A DNA stretch of 63,433 bases, filler included, from Saprolegnia diclina VS20 (Eukaryota), in assembly GCF_000281045.1 (NCBI RefSeq). It is 6 parts of 4 records of this genome, joined end to end, with 100 filler letters (N's around TTAATTAATTAA, not from the genome) between each part and the next. Parts side by side here need not be neighbours in the genome. Positions count along the whole stretch, not along the records: positions 17,005 to 35,613 come from NW_008246168.1; positions 35,714 to 46,805 come from NW_008246168.1; 4 more parts are not named here. One strand, 5' to 3'. The notes beneath the pieces were generated by a model. That model worked only from the letters and a program-made list of their open reading frames with translations, had not been told where the DNA came from and did not search any database. The position numbers and the translations under genes are program-made. Below, piece after piece: positions 26,990 to 39,000 of this stretch (the stretch's first letter is position 1; each line of letters opens with the position of its first letter).

Positions 26990-27777
26990 TTATTGAATCA
27001 GGATCATCCAGCTGATAAAGATGTAAAAGAGCAACACCGGGTACACCGTGAGCGCCTTCTTCTTGGGCGGGACCAGCTGCGACATGAAGACGACGGACGC
27101 TAGGATAGTACGTTGAGGAATGTGGTGCGGATGGGTACGTACCGCGCGTGGACCACACAAAGCCGACGCCGACGAGGACGAGGCGGATCGTCACGTGCGA
27201 CGACACGACGCGCGTGAAGAAGCACGCGAGCGTTGCAATCACGAGCGGGAAGATGCAGTAGCCCAAGACGCAAATGCTCTGGAAGAAAGAGCTAGCACAT
27301 GCCCGTGTGAGCACCGTACAATAGCATGCACCGATCGAGTTGTATACATGGTGCTGCCGAGGAGCTGCGCGTTGACCGTCACGACGGCGGCGCCGACCCA
27401 CACGACGACAAAGACGCTCGTAAAGACCATCGCCGACTGGTTCGCGGGCGCCGTGAGGCTCAAGAGACTAGATGCATGTACATGAGCAGATGCAGATCCT
27501 GGCCGCTGCGATCGTACATGGAGAGCGTGAGGCAGACCATGAGCGGACCCCAGAGGTCCCAGTCGCGGAGCGCTTGAAGCGTCTCGTCCGACGTGTTGCG
27601 TGGCATCAAGACCACCTTGAGCTTGGCGCCGACGAGCCGGACATCGCGCAGCTACGCCGGATGCATGAGCGCCTAGCCTCTCCTACGCCATGATCTCCAT
27701 ACGATGGTCTCGGACACGGGCTCGTCCAGCGTGTTCTCGCGCGTCTCATGGATGCTGCCCGACACCGCGTCTGCCAT
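26990..27777 (-). CDS. YIPF6: Yip1-domain protein, YIPF6-like
   Basis: NTLDEPVSETI/LRDVRLVGAKLKVVL..LRDWDLWGPL, VWVGAAVVTVNAQLLG, SFFQSICVLGYCIFPL, KKALTVYPVLLFY. Confidence 0.9.
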
Positions 27778-28198
27778 CGCTCTTGGTCGTTCGAAATGTT
27801 TTTTCTGCCAGAAGGGGTCTCCGGATACAGCGCCACCGCCGTATCCGGTATGCGTGGGCTAAAATCACGCACACTTCGCTCCCGCCACCTTGTCATCGAA
27901 GTTCAACGCTCAAACCGCAGGTTACTGTCGTCCTGGTCATCACCAGCAGCAGCTCCTATTGCAGACAGCGTCGTCCTAGCTCTGCCATAACGTATGCACA
28001 AGGATCTCGGCCACCACCAACGGTCAATACACAGCTTATTGACCCTGCCAGAATCCGTTGCAACACTTGGCGGTATCGTCACTACGTTGACGGTATTTCT
28101 GCCACGTTGACGGAGAAAACCATCGATTTTGGACGCTTTTGCACGGAACTTTAGCGTCTTCGTGCTCAGTCCTTCATCGTCATACTTGGGGCGCGATC

Positions 28199-28921
28199 AT
28201 GGGCGGCAAGCCGACAAAGGAGAAGCAGATCGTGGTCGAAGAGGTTTTGCACCGCGAGTTTACGTATGGGACGGCTGCGTCCGACTGCGTGCAGCACTAT
28301 ATGCCGCCCAACTTTCCAATGCGACCGATTCTCAACACGGCGTACCTCCTCGACTGCAGCAAGAGCTGGAAGCTCATTGTGACGGCCAACACGGACCGCA
28401 TGCGGCAATACGGCAAGTCGGGTATCGTGCTCTTTTACGACGAGTTCTTTTTTCGCCTCTTCCAGCGCGATTTTACGCTCGAGGAGGTCTTCCCCGACAT
28501 TGGCAAGCGCGGCGAAGTGCTCGTGAAGGCCATGACGTTCATGCTCAAGAGCTCGGCCGAGAACCCCAAGCAGATCGTCAACAAGTGCCACTACCTCGGC
28601 CACCGCCATCGCAGCTTTGGCGGCGTCCGGCCGCACCACTGGGCGCAGTACACGAGTACGGTCATCGAGGTCATCATGTACTGGCTCGGCGAATACGCGT
28701 CGCCCGATGTCGGCGCGGCGTGGTCCAACATTGTGGGCTTCTTCCTCATGCACATTCTCGAGTCGTTCTTGAACGACAAGGTCGACCCGTTTGAGAGCTA
28801 CCAAAACTCGATCATTAGCGCCGTCCAAGAAATCACCGCGTCCCACGACGAAGAGTCGGAGCGCACGTCCGCCAAAGCCGACCCCCCGATAGCCGGTATG
28901 AATGGTCCCACCCTCATGTAG
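28199..28921 (+). CDS. Single-domain globin with N-terminal extension
   Basis: SWKLI (A helix), FYDEFFFRLFQRD..LEEVF (B/C/CD1), LGHRHRSFGGVRPHHW (proximal His region), ASPDVGAAWSNIV (H helix). The extreme 3' end may be spliced differently. Confidence 0.85.
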   Translation: MGGKPTKEKQIVVEEVLHREFTYGTAASDCVQHYMPPNFPMRPILNTAYLLDCSKSWKLIVTANTDRMRQYGKSGIVLFYDEFFFRLFQRDFTLEEVFPDIGKRGEVLVKAMTFMLKSSAENPKQIVNKCHYLGHRHRSFGGVRPHHWAQYTSTVIEVIMYWLGEYASPDVGAAWSNIVGFFLMHILESFLNDKVDPFESYQNSIISAVQEITASHDEESERTSAKADPPIAGMNGPTLM

Positions 28922-29049
28922 CGCTTTGGACTAGTACGACATCAATACATGCCTCTGCACCATATAATACCGTCATGCTACAGTAGTACACTAGAGATGT
29001 GGTCTAGCTTGCCGCGCGGCGGCAGGGGTAGGGATCGTCGCTCCCGCCT

Positions 29050-30903
29050 TCAGTTGACGCCATCGTACATGTAGCGCGCTGTCAGCGAGCACAAATGCGA
29101 GATGTCCCGGCGTTGCATGTATCCCGCCCGCACAACTATCGACTCTGCCACCGACATACCAGTATGATCGGAGAGACTTCTGTCGAACTCGATTAAAGGG
29201 AACATGGAACCCCGCATTTCGAAGCATAAAATGACTAGCCGATACTGAGGCGCTTGCTCGAACCGCGGCGATTGATCGGCGGGGGGTCGTTGGGCCCGAC
29301 GGTGTTGATGTACAATGCTGGGTTGAGCCGCTCGTTCGCACGGTGCAGCATCGCACACATGTCAATGGACGCGGCCAGCGTGAGCTGCGCGTAGCCGTCG
29401 CTGGCTTGCGCGTCGAGCGCGCCAGGCATGCGCGTGAGCTGCGCATGCACCGCGCCGAGAAGCCGATACCGCTGTGCTTTCTCGCGCACGCGGCTTCTTG
29501 GTGCGTCCTTCTCCAAGCCCTGGAGGCACTCGAGCAGGTACGGATAAAAGTCCTCCTACACACAAATGTATCGATGAGCCCGTTCGTTACTTATTCGACG
29601 GGAACGACCTCAAGCGCGCGGAACCGGCGGCGCAGCGACACTTGGTACTCGGCAAGCACTTGGTCGATGATGGCGAGGCGCAGTGCGATTTCAAATTTCG
29701 GGTACGGGTACGGCAACGTCGGGTACGGCCGCTTTGTCTCTTCCGGAACCTCTGGCTTCTTGGAGCGCCGGCGACCTCCCGGTGGCTTCTTGTCCCGTTT
29801 CTGGGCGATCTCGGGCTCGGGCAGCACGACCGGTGGCGGCTCCACGAGCTCGAAGTCGGACCACATGCGCAGCAGCTTGCGTCGGCGATACGCGGTGATC
29901 GCCACGTGCTGGCGCCAAAACGTTTGGACAAGGGTCACTTTTCGCGTAAAGATGCGAAGTCCGTAAAAGACTTTGAGCGCAACCGTCTTGATTTTGACGC
30001 TTTCGCGAAGCCAGAGCTGAAGCATCGTCGCGGCATTCGAGAGCGCGAGATGCTGCTGCGTCAGATGGCGCCAGTGCCGCGCACAGCGGCGCACCGTGGC
30101 CTGAAGCGCGGCCGCCGCCCAGCGCATCTTGACTCCGCGCAAAATGAACTGCGCGGCGGCCGCGACCAATAGCGGTGCAAGGACTTGACGCAAGGACGCT
30201 TGTAGCAAGGTGTGGTGCTTGGCGCGGGCGCGTACTTCGCGCCGATAGGCTGTCGTCTGCGCTTCAACATGATCCGAATATTCTTGGAGCCGGCGTTCGC
30301 GGTTGATAACGCAGTCTTCTTCGCGCTGCTCCCGAAGTAGCCGCCACTCGTCGTGGCGCGCCCGTAGCAGCTGCATTCAATGACGTACGATGATTCTATA
30401 TCGAGTAGTGCAGTGAGTACCTCGGGCTGGACCGCCGCTTGTTCGTTGAACGTCAACACGCAGGATGGCGACCGCCGCTCATCGTGCAGCTTGCGTACAT
30501 GTGCCGCGTGGATGGCTTCGACGTGGGCGTATACGTCGCCGACGTGGTCGCCGAGGATTGGAATGAGCTTGGCCAACATCGGCTCGCTGTCCGAGGTCGG
30601 CGGCGGCGGCGCGTCACGGAGCGGGGGGATGTGATTGGCTTTTCGCGTTGGTGACGCCCGGCGCGGCACCGGACGGTACGGGAGCGGTACGAGCCGCGCT
30701 GGCGATGGCGGGCGGTCGTCGAGCTCGGGGACAGTGTCGTCACTGCGGTGCCGCCATGGACTTGTGACCTTGGGAACCGTAAACACTAGCAGTCGATGAC
30801 ATAATACACTTTGTCAAAGCCGGAGCGCACCGAGGAGGTCGTCGTCGTCCGCGACCTCAAGGCGGCCGTGCGGCGTCTCGGGCCGTGGCACCAAGGCGTG
30901 CAT
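29050..30903 (-). CDS. Hypothetical protein with IQ-like calmodulin-binding motifs, multi-exon
   Basis: Spliced ORFs 30786-30061, 30376-29591, 29516-29235, 29358-29050; IQ-like AAAALQATVRR, AATMLQLWLR, VTLVQTFWRQ. Boundaries approximate. Confidence 0.6.
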
Positions 30904-31045
30904 AAATAAAATTGTAAAAAACTAAGTCACTACCAAACGACGCCCGTTTCACGACAGTTTCATTTCGGTTTCACGCACAAGAAAAAGTTTGGAAAAAAGG
31001 TTTTCGTACTAGTGAGTTACTAGTTAATGCTTGCTACTGTATTTC

Positions 31046-31624
31046 CTACTTGGGGTCGGCAGGCTTGGCATGACCCTCGGCTTTCGCATCTTCGTGGTGG
31101 CAGTCCTTGGTGTGTGTATGCTCCTTGGTAGGCGTCGCGGCCGGCTCGGGCGACGGTTCCTTCTTGGCTTCTTTCGGCGCTTCCTTGGCCGCCTCCTTCG
31201 GTGCTTCCTTCGCAGCTTCCTTGGGTGCTTCCTTCGCAGCTTCCTTTGCAGCTTCCGTTGCGGCTTCCTTCGGGGCTTCCTTTGCAGCCTCCTTCGGGGC
31301 TTCCTTCGGGGCTTCCTTCGCGCTCTCTGTGGCAGCTGCTTTCGGGGCTTCCTTCGCGCTCTCTGTAGCAGCCGCTTTGGGGGCTTCCTTGGGGGCTTCC
31401 TTCGCAGCTTCTTTCGGGGCATCTTTGGCGGCTTCTTTGGGGGCTTCCTTGGCCTCCTTGGGGGCTTCCTTCTCTTCCTTCTTGGGTTCATCCTTGCCTT
31501 CCCAGAGCGACTTGAGCTGCTTGAACTTGTCTGCGTCGTCGCAGCTGCTGCCCATAATCTCCTTGGACTTGGCAAACTTGGCCGGGTCGTACGCAGCGTT
31601 TTCAACCGAAGCAGAGGCGCCCAT
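31046..31624 (-). CDS. Putatively N-myristoylated low-complexity Lys/Glu/Ala/Pro-repeat protein
   Basis: MGASASV start fits MGxxxS; about 25 KEAP/KEAA-type tetrapeptides with variable third codon positions, which supports this frame being coding. Confidence 0.8.
   Translation of the reverse strand: MGASASVENAAYDPAKFAKSKEIMGSSCDDADKFKQLKSLWEGKDEPKKEEKEAPKEAKEAPKEAAKDAPKEAAKEAPKEAPKAAATESAKEAPKAAATESAKEAPKEAPKEAAKEAPKEAATEAAKEAAKEAPKEAAKEAPKEAAKEAPKEAKKEPSPEPAATPTKEHTHTKDCHHEDAKAEGHAKPADPK
31165..31480 (-). repeat. 12-nt-period coding minisatellite (KEAP/KEAA), including a 36-nt duplication (KEAPKAAATESA x2)
   Basis: Repeated gcttccttcggg/gcttccttcgca units visible on the + strand. Confidence 0.9.
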
Positions 31625-33063
31625 GATGATGCTAGTAGAGCTTGTTGCTGGTCGATGAAATCGGATTCTGATGCTGCGACGGCCCGCGATTCCAGTCGGC
31701 GGTTGCTGCTAATCATAGACGGGGCTGGAAATAGCCAACCGCCAAGGAGTTTCGCGTGCTTTGGATTTGTTTTAAACCTAGTGTATCCATTATCGTTGAA
31801 AACACACGACAATGTGTTTTAAACACGCTGAGACCGGGCGGCATCTATTTATAGCGATGGTGCGCCCCGAAGAGCGCGAGCGCCGCGCGTACAAGGACGC
31901 ACACGCCGCGGCGTTTGCGAAAACGCGGCACTTTCCCGCGCTCTCGCAGCTGCAAGCATCAGTTGAGAATGTCATTTTGCTGCAAGACTGCACGCCCGTG
32001 ACCGCGGTCGTGACGCCGCGCGCGTCACCCGCCCATAGCCGCCTCCACGCCCCCGACGCGGTGCGAGGCTGCGTCCATCATATTGACCTGATACTAGTGT
32101 CGACTAGTTTGATCAAATTTTTGAAAACCAAGTGCCGATGCTGACAGCCTTTCGACAAGCCGTGCTGTGCAAGCACTCGAACGCCCGGGACGAGCGGCAT
32201 GAATCGCCACCACCGACGACCAGTGGCTTTATCAAACCCCCCAAGGTGATTGTTGACAGGAAGAGCTAAAGTTGACTGAAATCGAGTAGGCGCCGTTTGT
32301 GACCAAGAGCGCGGCGGATGCCAAAGCGGCCATTCGCCATCCGTGCGAGTACGACTACCCGACGGGACTGCACACGCATCGGGAGCGCGTGCCCAATCGC
32401 CACGACCTCTCGCTGCAGGTGGACATGTAGGATTGTGAGCAAAATGGAACATGCATTTTGCATAGGAGGACATGCGACGGAGAGCGGGTCACGTGTGGCG
32501 ACCCTCGAATGCAACGACGGCGAAAAAGTCGATTGAAGTCGACTATTACGTCAACTCTGCGTTGCCGACGGACCCCTTGATTGATCGAAAAACCATCAAA
32601 GCCATTGTGGCGCGCAACCCCGTCGTACAACGCCGTCCAAAGCTATAGCTATCGCGGTAGTCGCTACATTTAACACACGGTCGTTTTGGTGCTTGCTTTC
32701 ACAGTGTCGGCGACGACCATGGGCATGGCGTGGAAGGCAAAGCTATGTATGGAACCCATCTAACACATTTACCAAACGAGCGGTGCCCACAAGAAGTGGG
32801 CTACTCGTTGCGCCTACAAACGTTGCTTCGTGTCGCCTTCCTAGTGGCCGTAGTGGTGGGCTAACGATACTCGTAGCCATTAGCGAGAGAGTCGGGTTTG
32901 TTGTTACGACAAGACTGAGCATGCAACGAATCCTAGATTCAATAGCGACCACCTCGTGAGTTCAACCGATTAACATGCAAGCCACAAAAAATAGTCGTTG
33001 ATTTCTCAGCCACTACACCCATGAATGCACATCGTCGCTGCGCCGCCAGTGCTGCAAGAGGCG

Positions 33064-34956
33064 CTACATCGTCATTGATACGGAGCCTGCATGGGATGAG
33101 GCTACCTCTTCGCCAATCGCAATGGCACTGCGCAGCTCAGGCGAGTATGCGGTTTCTGGCCACCATGAGTTTTGAACCACGTCGTCCCGTGTCCACGAGC
33201 GTTTCCGACAGCCGACCGTCGTCGCCGTCAAGAACGGGTTGCACTCAAAGTAGAAATCCACACCGTACCAGTCCACCTGAAGAAAATGTTTACAGTGCCA
33301 CGTGGACTATTTCAAATGAAATACCAGGTCGTGGCGGGCTTGGAGGCGATCAAACTGGTGCAGCACCTAGAGACTTGCTGTAAGCATCGAACCTGGTCAT
33401 TGCCGTCTACCGTCGACAGGAACGGCTGGCCGTGCCACATGAAAGGCACGTAGTGCTGCGCCCCGGGGCCCGCAAGGGCATCTTGAAGTGCAACGACGTA
33501 TTCAATGCAAGCGAGGGTGCTCTCAACAACCGCAGGAGCGAGCTGCGTAAATGCATCGAACGCGTGGATCTTCTCTGCAAAGATACGAGCCGACCTATCT
33601 CTATATATCACGCGCCTAGCGAGCGCTCGGACACGTACGTATACAAGGTCGAACAGGCGTCGACTTTGGCAAGAAAGCATGCAAGCACCTTTTCATATTG
33701 CAAGATGGACGCAATGACGTCGGCTTCAACCGGTGTCAGCGTGCGTGGTCGCTCGGGAGGCAAGTCCTCGGGTCGTGGGGCGCGTCGTCGAAGCAGTGGT
33801 TCGCTTCGTGTCACCGAGATACTCGTCGAGCATTGCGTGTGAATCGGAGGAACAGTCCATTTGGGTTTCATCGTGTGGGATCGCATGGCCTCGGAGAAGC
33901 GGTCGACTTCGTCTTGGACGGGCACCGGCGTGAGCCATCGCGTCGTGACGTGTTCGAGCATTGACTTTGGGGTTTCGAGGCGCGTGACACCGGGGCGGCG
34001 AAGGTAGCGACCTTGCACGCGCACGACTTTTTCCCGCGCTCCGTGGTCGTATTGCAGATCGTACAGCGGTGGCTTCGTTGCGTGGATGTACAGCACCTAC
34101 CATTGATTGTCATCCTGTACCCAGACGCGCGTCCTACGTGGGCTCGCGCCCAGACATCCTGGACCTCTGGCACAGCATAAAGGTGCTGACTTGACTTGCG
34201 GAAGCACGACTCGATGGCCTCCCCCGCCTATCACAGTTGGGACCTTATAGGTTGGACGCAACAACATACCTGATACGGCGACAACGCACGCTTGTTGGCA
34301 AAGTGCACGTCGAGTTCGGCGCCGCACCCGCGACGTAAGAGCGCCCGCGTCTTCTTTGGAACGTCTTGTAAAACCTTCGTACTCAACGCATCTGGGTCAA
34401 TGACTGCGGGCTGCTGTGGGACCGGTGTATTGCCTCGAATGTACACTTCCTACGAAAAACATGAGCAAACGTTGTTTTTGTCGGACCGTACAGGGGCAAT
34501 GGAGAGAGGCACGGACGGCATTGTATGCTTGGCGCACTCGAACACATGACTGTCGACGTGCGCCAAAGCAAGGGTGCACGCCTTCTCGAGACGGTCATAG
34601 TGCTCGGGCTGTCGGCGCAAGACGGTGAGGGCGCAGGCCGTCGCCCACATGCCGGGGGCAACCCCGGGGGGCACGGGGGGGATCGCACCATAGAGACAAT
34701 CGGAGAGTGCGTCCGTGAGCTTCCAGCGTCCGTCACTTTGCTGGAGCAAGAGCAACACGTCGAGGGTGTCATCGGGCGGTGTGCGGCGCGGCGGCGGCGT
34801 CGCTGGTTTGGCATAAACGCTCTCGAGAAGAAACTTCTTGTTGCCGATAGAGAGGTGACCGGCTGCAAGCGCGGCCTTGGACGGGCGTGACTGAACGAGC
34901 GCTTCATAGAACGTGTCGAGTGTATTAGGCGTCCCCGGTCCCCGGTGCGTCGTCAT
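33064..34956 (-). CDS. Hypothetical multi-exon protein; N-terminal helical segment resembles the C-terminal domain of VWA5A/PARP4-like proteins
   Basis: LDVLLLLQQSDGRWKLT...MWATACALTVL; downstream exons 34446-34231, 34096-33608, 33680-33312, 33276-33064 are separated by short intron-sized gaps. Confidence 0.55.
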
Positions 34957-35230
34957 TTCTCAGTTCGAAAACCTTCGGTTACACGAGGGGCACAGCTATC
35001 CCGAGGCATCCGGATACCATGTATTATCTGGCTTCTCAATGTATCAGGATTCCGGATACAGATGACATGGGTCAATGAGCATGAGAATCTCATGCTCATC
35101 GACTTGATCATCTGATGATCAAGTCGACCCACTGTGCAATTTGTATCAAGTCGCGATCGAGCAACTGTGCCGTCTTTGGACTTTTGAAGTACACATCACT
35201 TTTCATTTTCATTGCATCACCCACTTCGTC

Positions 35231-35613
35231 ATGTCCGAACTATCATCGCTCATATCCTGTGCCATCAGCGCTGGTTTTGCTACATCCTTTATCCTCTACA
35301 GCTTAATCTCGGCTTTGGCAAAGCCGACCTCAGACAAATACCAGGACGTGGAAAACCCCAGTGCCTTCCACCCGTGGACCAAGTACGACGAACTTACGGC
35401 CCCGTACCGAGACAAGCGAGCGCGCACGTCTAAAGGTGGCCTCCTACCCGCCGAGCACAAGAACCCTGTCGCTGCGACCCTCAACTTGCTGGCGGACTGC
35501 TTGGAGGTGTATTTGACCGAGATTGACGGTCCGACGCACCCGCCGCAGTTTGTCCGTGCTTCGCTCGTCGTTTTGGACCACTGCGCGTTAACACCAAGCG
35601 ATGCGGCGATCGT
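35231..35613 (+). CDS. 5' part of a hypothetical protein with N-terminal hydrophobic segment, truncated by gap
   Basis: MSELSSLISCAISAGFATSFILYSLISALAK... open up to the gap; preceded by a TCACTTTTCATTTT initiator-like tract. Confidence 0.4.
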
Positions 35614-35713
35614 NNNNNNNNNNNNNNNNNNNNNNNNNNNNNNNNNNNNNNNNNNNNTTAATTAATTAANNNNNNNNNNNNNNNNNNNNNNNNNNNNNNN
35701 NNNNNNNNNNNNN

Positions 35714-35932
35714 GGTCAGCTCTCGATCGACGGCCAAGTCCCGGAAGACAAGACCAAGATTGAGCAGATTGACGCGGAAGAGTCGGTCGACGCATTTGGT
35801 AACAAGGTCGTCACCAAGGTCAAGCGAAAGCTCACCCGCAAAGAGCTCAAGGCCAAGCTCAAGGCCAAGAAGGACGCCGAGAAGCGTGGCGAACACTTCA
35901 GCGACAGCGACTTGGACGGCCTCGAGGACTAA
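35714..35932 (+). CDS. eEF3: C-terminal end of elongation factor 3 (eEF3)
   Basis: GQLSIDGQVPEDKTKIEQIDAEESVDAFGNKVVTKVKRKLTRKELKAKLKAKKDAEKRGEHFSDSDLDGLED* matches the eEF3 tail pattern (DA.GNK, Lys-rich, acidic end). Missed by the ORF track because it lacks a start. Confidence 0.85.
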   Translation, partial: GQLSIDGQVPEDKTKIEQIDAEESVDAFGNKVVTKVKRKLTRKELKAKLKAKKDAEKRGEHFSDSDLDGLED

Positions 35933-36096
35933 AACCCAAGCATAATCTATTTGACACACTGCTATCGTGAAAATTGTTGCCACCTTACTTACATACATGC
36001 ACAATGCATTAGATCAGTTTAAGTATCGAAGAAAGCATAGTTTTCTCTTTATGACACGTCTGCAGCTGCAGAAACGTCGCCTGCACAGTTTGGCTC

Positions 36097-39000
36097 TTAC
36101 GAGGAGCGAATGTGGTCGGCAATATCATCCATGGCCATCGCGAGCGCATCCGTCGTGGCAATAATCCAAGGGTTGCCGTGCAACGCATTGGCGAGTTGCG
36201 TTACGGGCGCGCGGCAACCTTCGCCGAACCCAAGACAAAATGACCGGAGACCGAGACGTTCGTAATCGGCCCACAGCGCCGCGCCAAGGGCAGCGCCGTC
36301 GTCCTTGTTCCTCGGCGCATCTGCCGTGAAGAAAATGATCACAGGGGCGCGGCTCGTCTGGTTGAGTACGTTGCGGGAAAAGATGGCGCTGGCCTCCTTC
36401 ATCCCGCTCGAGTAGTAGTTGAATATGCTGCCACAGCGAGAAAAGTTGACGCCCTTCATGGCTTCGACTGGTTGGCACTCGTACTCGACACCACCACGAT
36501 AGGCAAACGTAGCAATTGAGATGACGTCGTTGGGCGAAAGCTTCTTGATGCAGGCGCGGACACTGGCCAAGAGGGCGACCCACGATGCTTCCGATGCGCT
36601 GGACGAACTGAGCACGAACAGGACGTGCTGTGAGGAGCCCGTGACGACGTGCCCGCAGTTGAATTCATGACCACCGGCCGTGTTGCGGCCTGTCACCGGT
36701 GTGTGGCCGGCTCCCAGAATGCAGTACGCGGGCGCATCACTATGGCTCGGGGCAGGGCATTGATGCGGACACAGCTCAAAGGCATTGCGGTCGGCGCGGT
36801 CTTCGACAGCGTCCTCCCAGCCGATTTCGGCCAAGTACGCTGCGTGGAGGTACGAGTCCATTGCATGACCTTGCGCGTTGGTGTGCGTCGAATGGGTGCG
36901 CCCAGCCGTCGGGTTGGCTTCGCACTCTTCCTTGGACTTGTATTGGCACCGAAGCAAATGTCCGTGGCCTCGCCCAAGCTCCTTGCAGAGCAGCGGGCAC
37001 ATCTCGGGCGCGCACGAGTCTCCGACGCAGTACGTGCGATCGCTAATCTTCAAGCGGCCGCTGGCTAACGACGCAAACGCGGCTTGCACCATGTTACCAT
37101 GCGTCGTCTTGTGTCGATTAGCGTGCCCCATCGGAAGTTCACAGATGTAGTTGCAGCTCGGGCACTTTTCTTGACACGAGTGCAACTCGGCAGTGCACTT
37201 GTGCCCACCGCCGTGGTTGCGCACGCCAGGCTCCAATACAACATTGCACGCGTTGCGCTCGCCGACCACGTGTCGAACGTCGTACTCGAATTGGCTCTCT
37301 TTCCCGACGAAAGTGCCGCGCTGTGGCTCGGACCGGTGGTAGCAAAACCCCGGCACCTCGCATTCGTGGCCGCAGACGTGGCTGTTTCCGCACTGATGAT
37401 GCTCGGCCTCGTGAAAATGGCTCTGCCCGATGCAAATGCCGCCCTTGAAGCAGTTTGGCATGTCGCATGGCTGGCAGCAGAACGTTGCACCGCACTCGTG
37501 TCGGTCGTGGTTTTCGTCGAAACCAAGACTGCAAAATGCAGTGCAGCTAGGCGCTTCGCAGCGGTGGGGACACAAGTGCGCCTTCACCGCGCACCGGTGG
37601 CTCCCTGCATGGTCCACAGGCAGTTGGCACTTGACGTCGCACTTGCGACTGCCCTGCAAACCGCATATCTTTTGGCACGTGTGACCAGCCGTCGCGCAGT
37701 TGCAATGTCCTTCGTGGCCAGCCATCAGCGCACACGGTGCAGACCGTGCGTCGTTCAACGCGGGGCAGTGCGCGCAAAATTGCGGACACTTGTGGTCCGT
37801 GCCGCAACTGTGTGTTGCGCTCGCGTTGGGCTTCGTTGCATGCTGACTCATCTGCACGCATAGAAGGTGACACTCGCTGCAGTTGGCTTTGCACGGCGCT
37901 GCGAGATTCTGGAAGTCGCACTTCGAGCTCTCGAAGCCCTCGAGCTCCGGGCGGTTGTTGATCGAAAGCTTTTGGTACCAGCAGAAAACGCGATGTTCCC
38001 GCAGCCAGACAGCAAACTGCCAGTAGGTGATGAATTTCGCATCGAGCTCCTTGGTTCGTTGCTTGTCACCGAGAAAGCTCTTGCGCTGAACGTCCAGGCA
38101 CAACTGCATGGCACGTAGCGGCTCCTTGCCGGTCAATGGAAACACAATCTCGTCGAGTGCCAAGACCTGCTTCGGGTCCATGTCGATCGTCACGCCTTCC
38201 TCAGTGCAGTAGACCTCGCGGAGCCGCTCTGGGGTCTGTTCTAAGGGCGCTAAGTCGCCAAGCCGTCCGCCAGTATTCGGCACCTTGCCATTGGCCAAGG
38301 CAGCTGTCACCTTGTTGTGCCACTGGCGCGCCTTTTGGTCTTTCACGACGCTCTTCATCGACGTCCAGTCCAGCGTTTTGATCTTTGCGAGCAGAAGCGT
38401 GAGACAATCGTGGTAGTCGCGTCCTGACTCGTAGCGCAATGCACCGTGCATCATGAACTTGTACATCTGCGTGAGCGCGCTGTAGTACTTGCGGTTCGTA
38501 TTGCCGGGGCTCAGGACGCTCTTTGGGTCACCGACGTACATGGTGGCAGCAAAGTCGTTGCCAGCGTTTCGAACGCTTGCAAGTTTTCTCCCGAGCTCGG
38601 CCTTGACGGTCTGCATGTCCGGCGGGTTGACGTCACGAACGTTGAGGAGAAGCGCACCTTTGAAGGCGGGGTCGTAATCCTTAATGAGCGACGCACCTTG
38701 CTGTATGCTGGTTAGCATGTTATCGAGGTCGCGATCGAAACGCGTTTCGAGACGGAAGACTGTGCAGCGCGAGACGGCCGCGTTCAAGATAGAGAGAAGG
38801 ACGTCCTCTTGCATCGTGCGCTCGAAAGACCCGAGACCCTCGAAGTCCATCACAACAAGCAGCTCGTCACCGAGGACACGGTACGTTAGCCACGCACCGT
38901 CCGTGCAGCGAGCCCCCGATACGGCGAACGACGACCCCGAAAAATGGTTAAGAAAGTAGCTCTTGCCCGTCGACTGTTTGCCCATGACTGAGATGACGGA

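Noticed and set aside
31031..31822. 263-aa FLRGFLRS-repeat ORF and other frames over the KEAP repeat
   Set aside because: Shadow frames of the minus-strand repeat gene.
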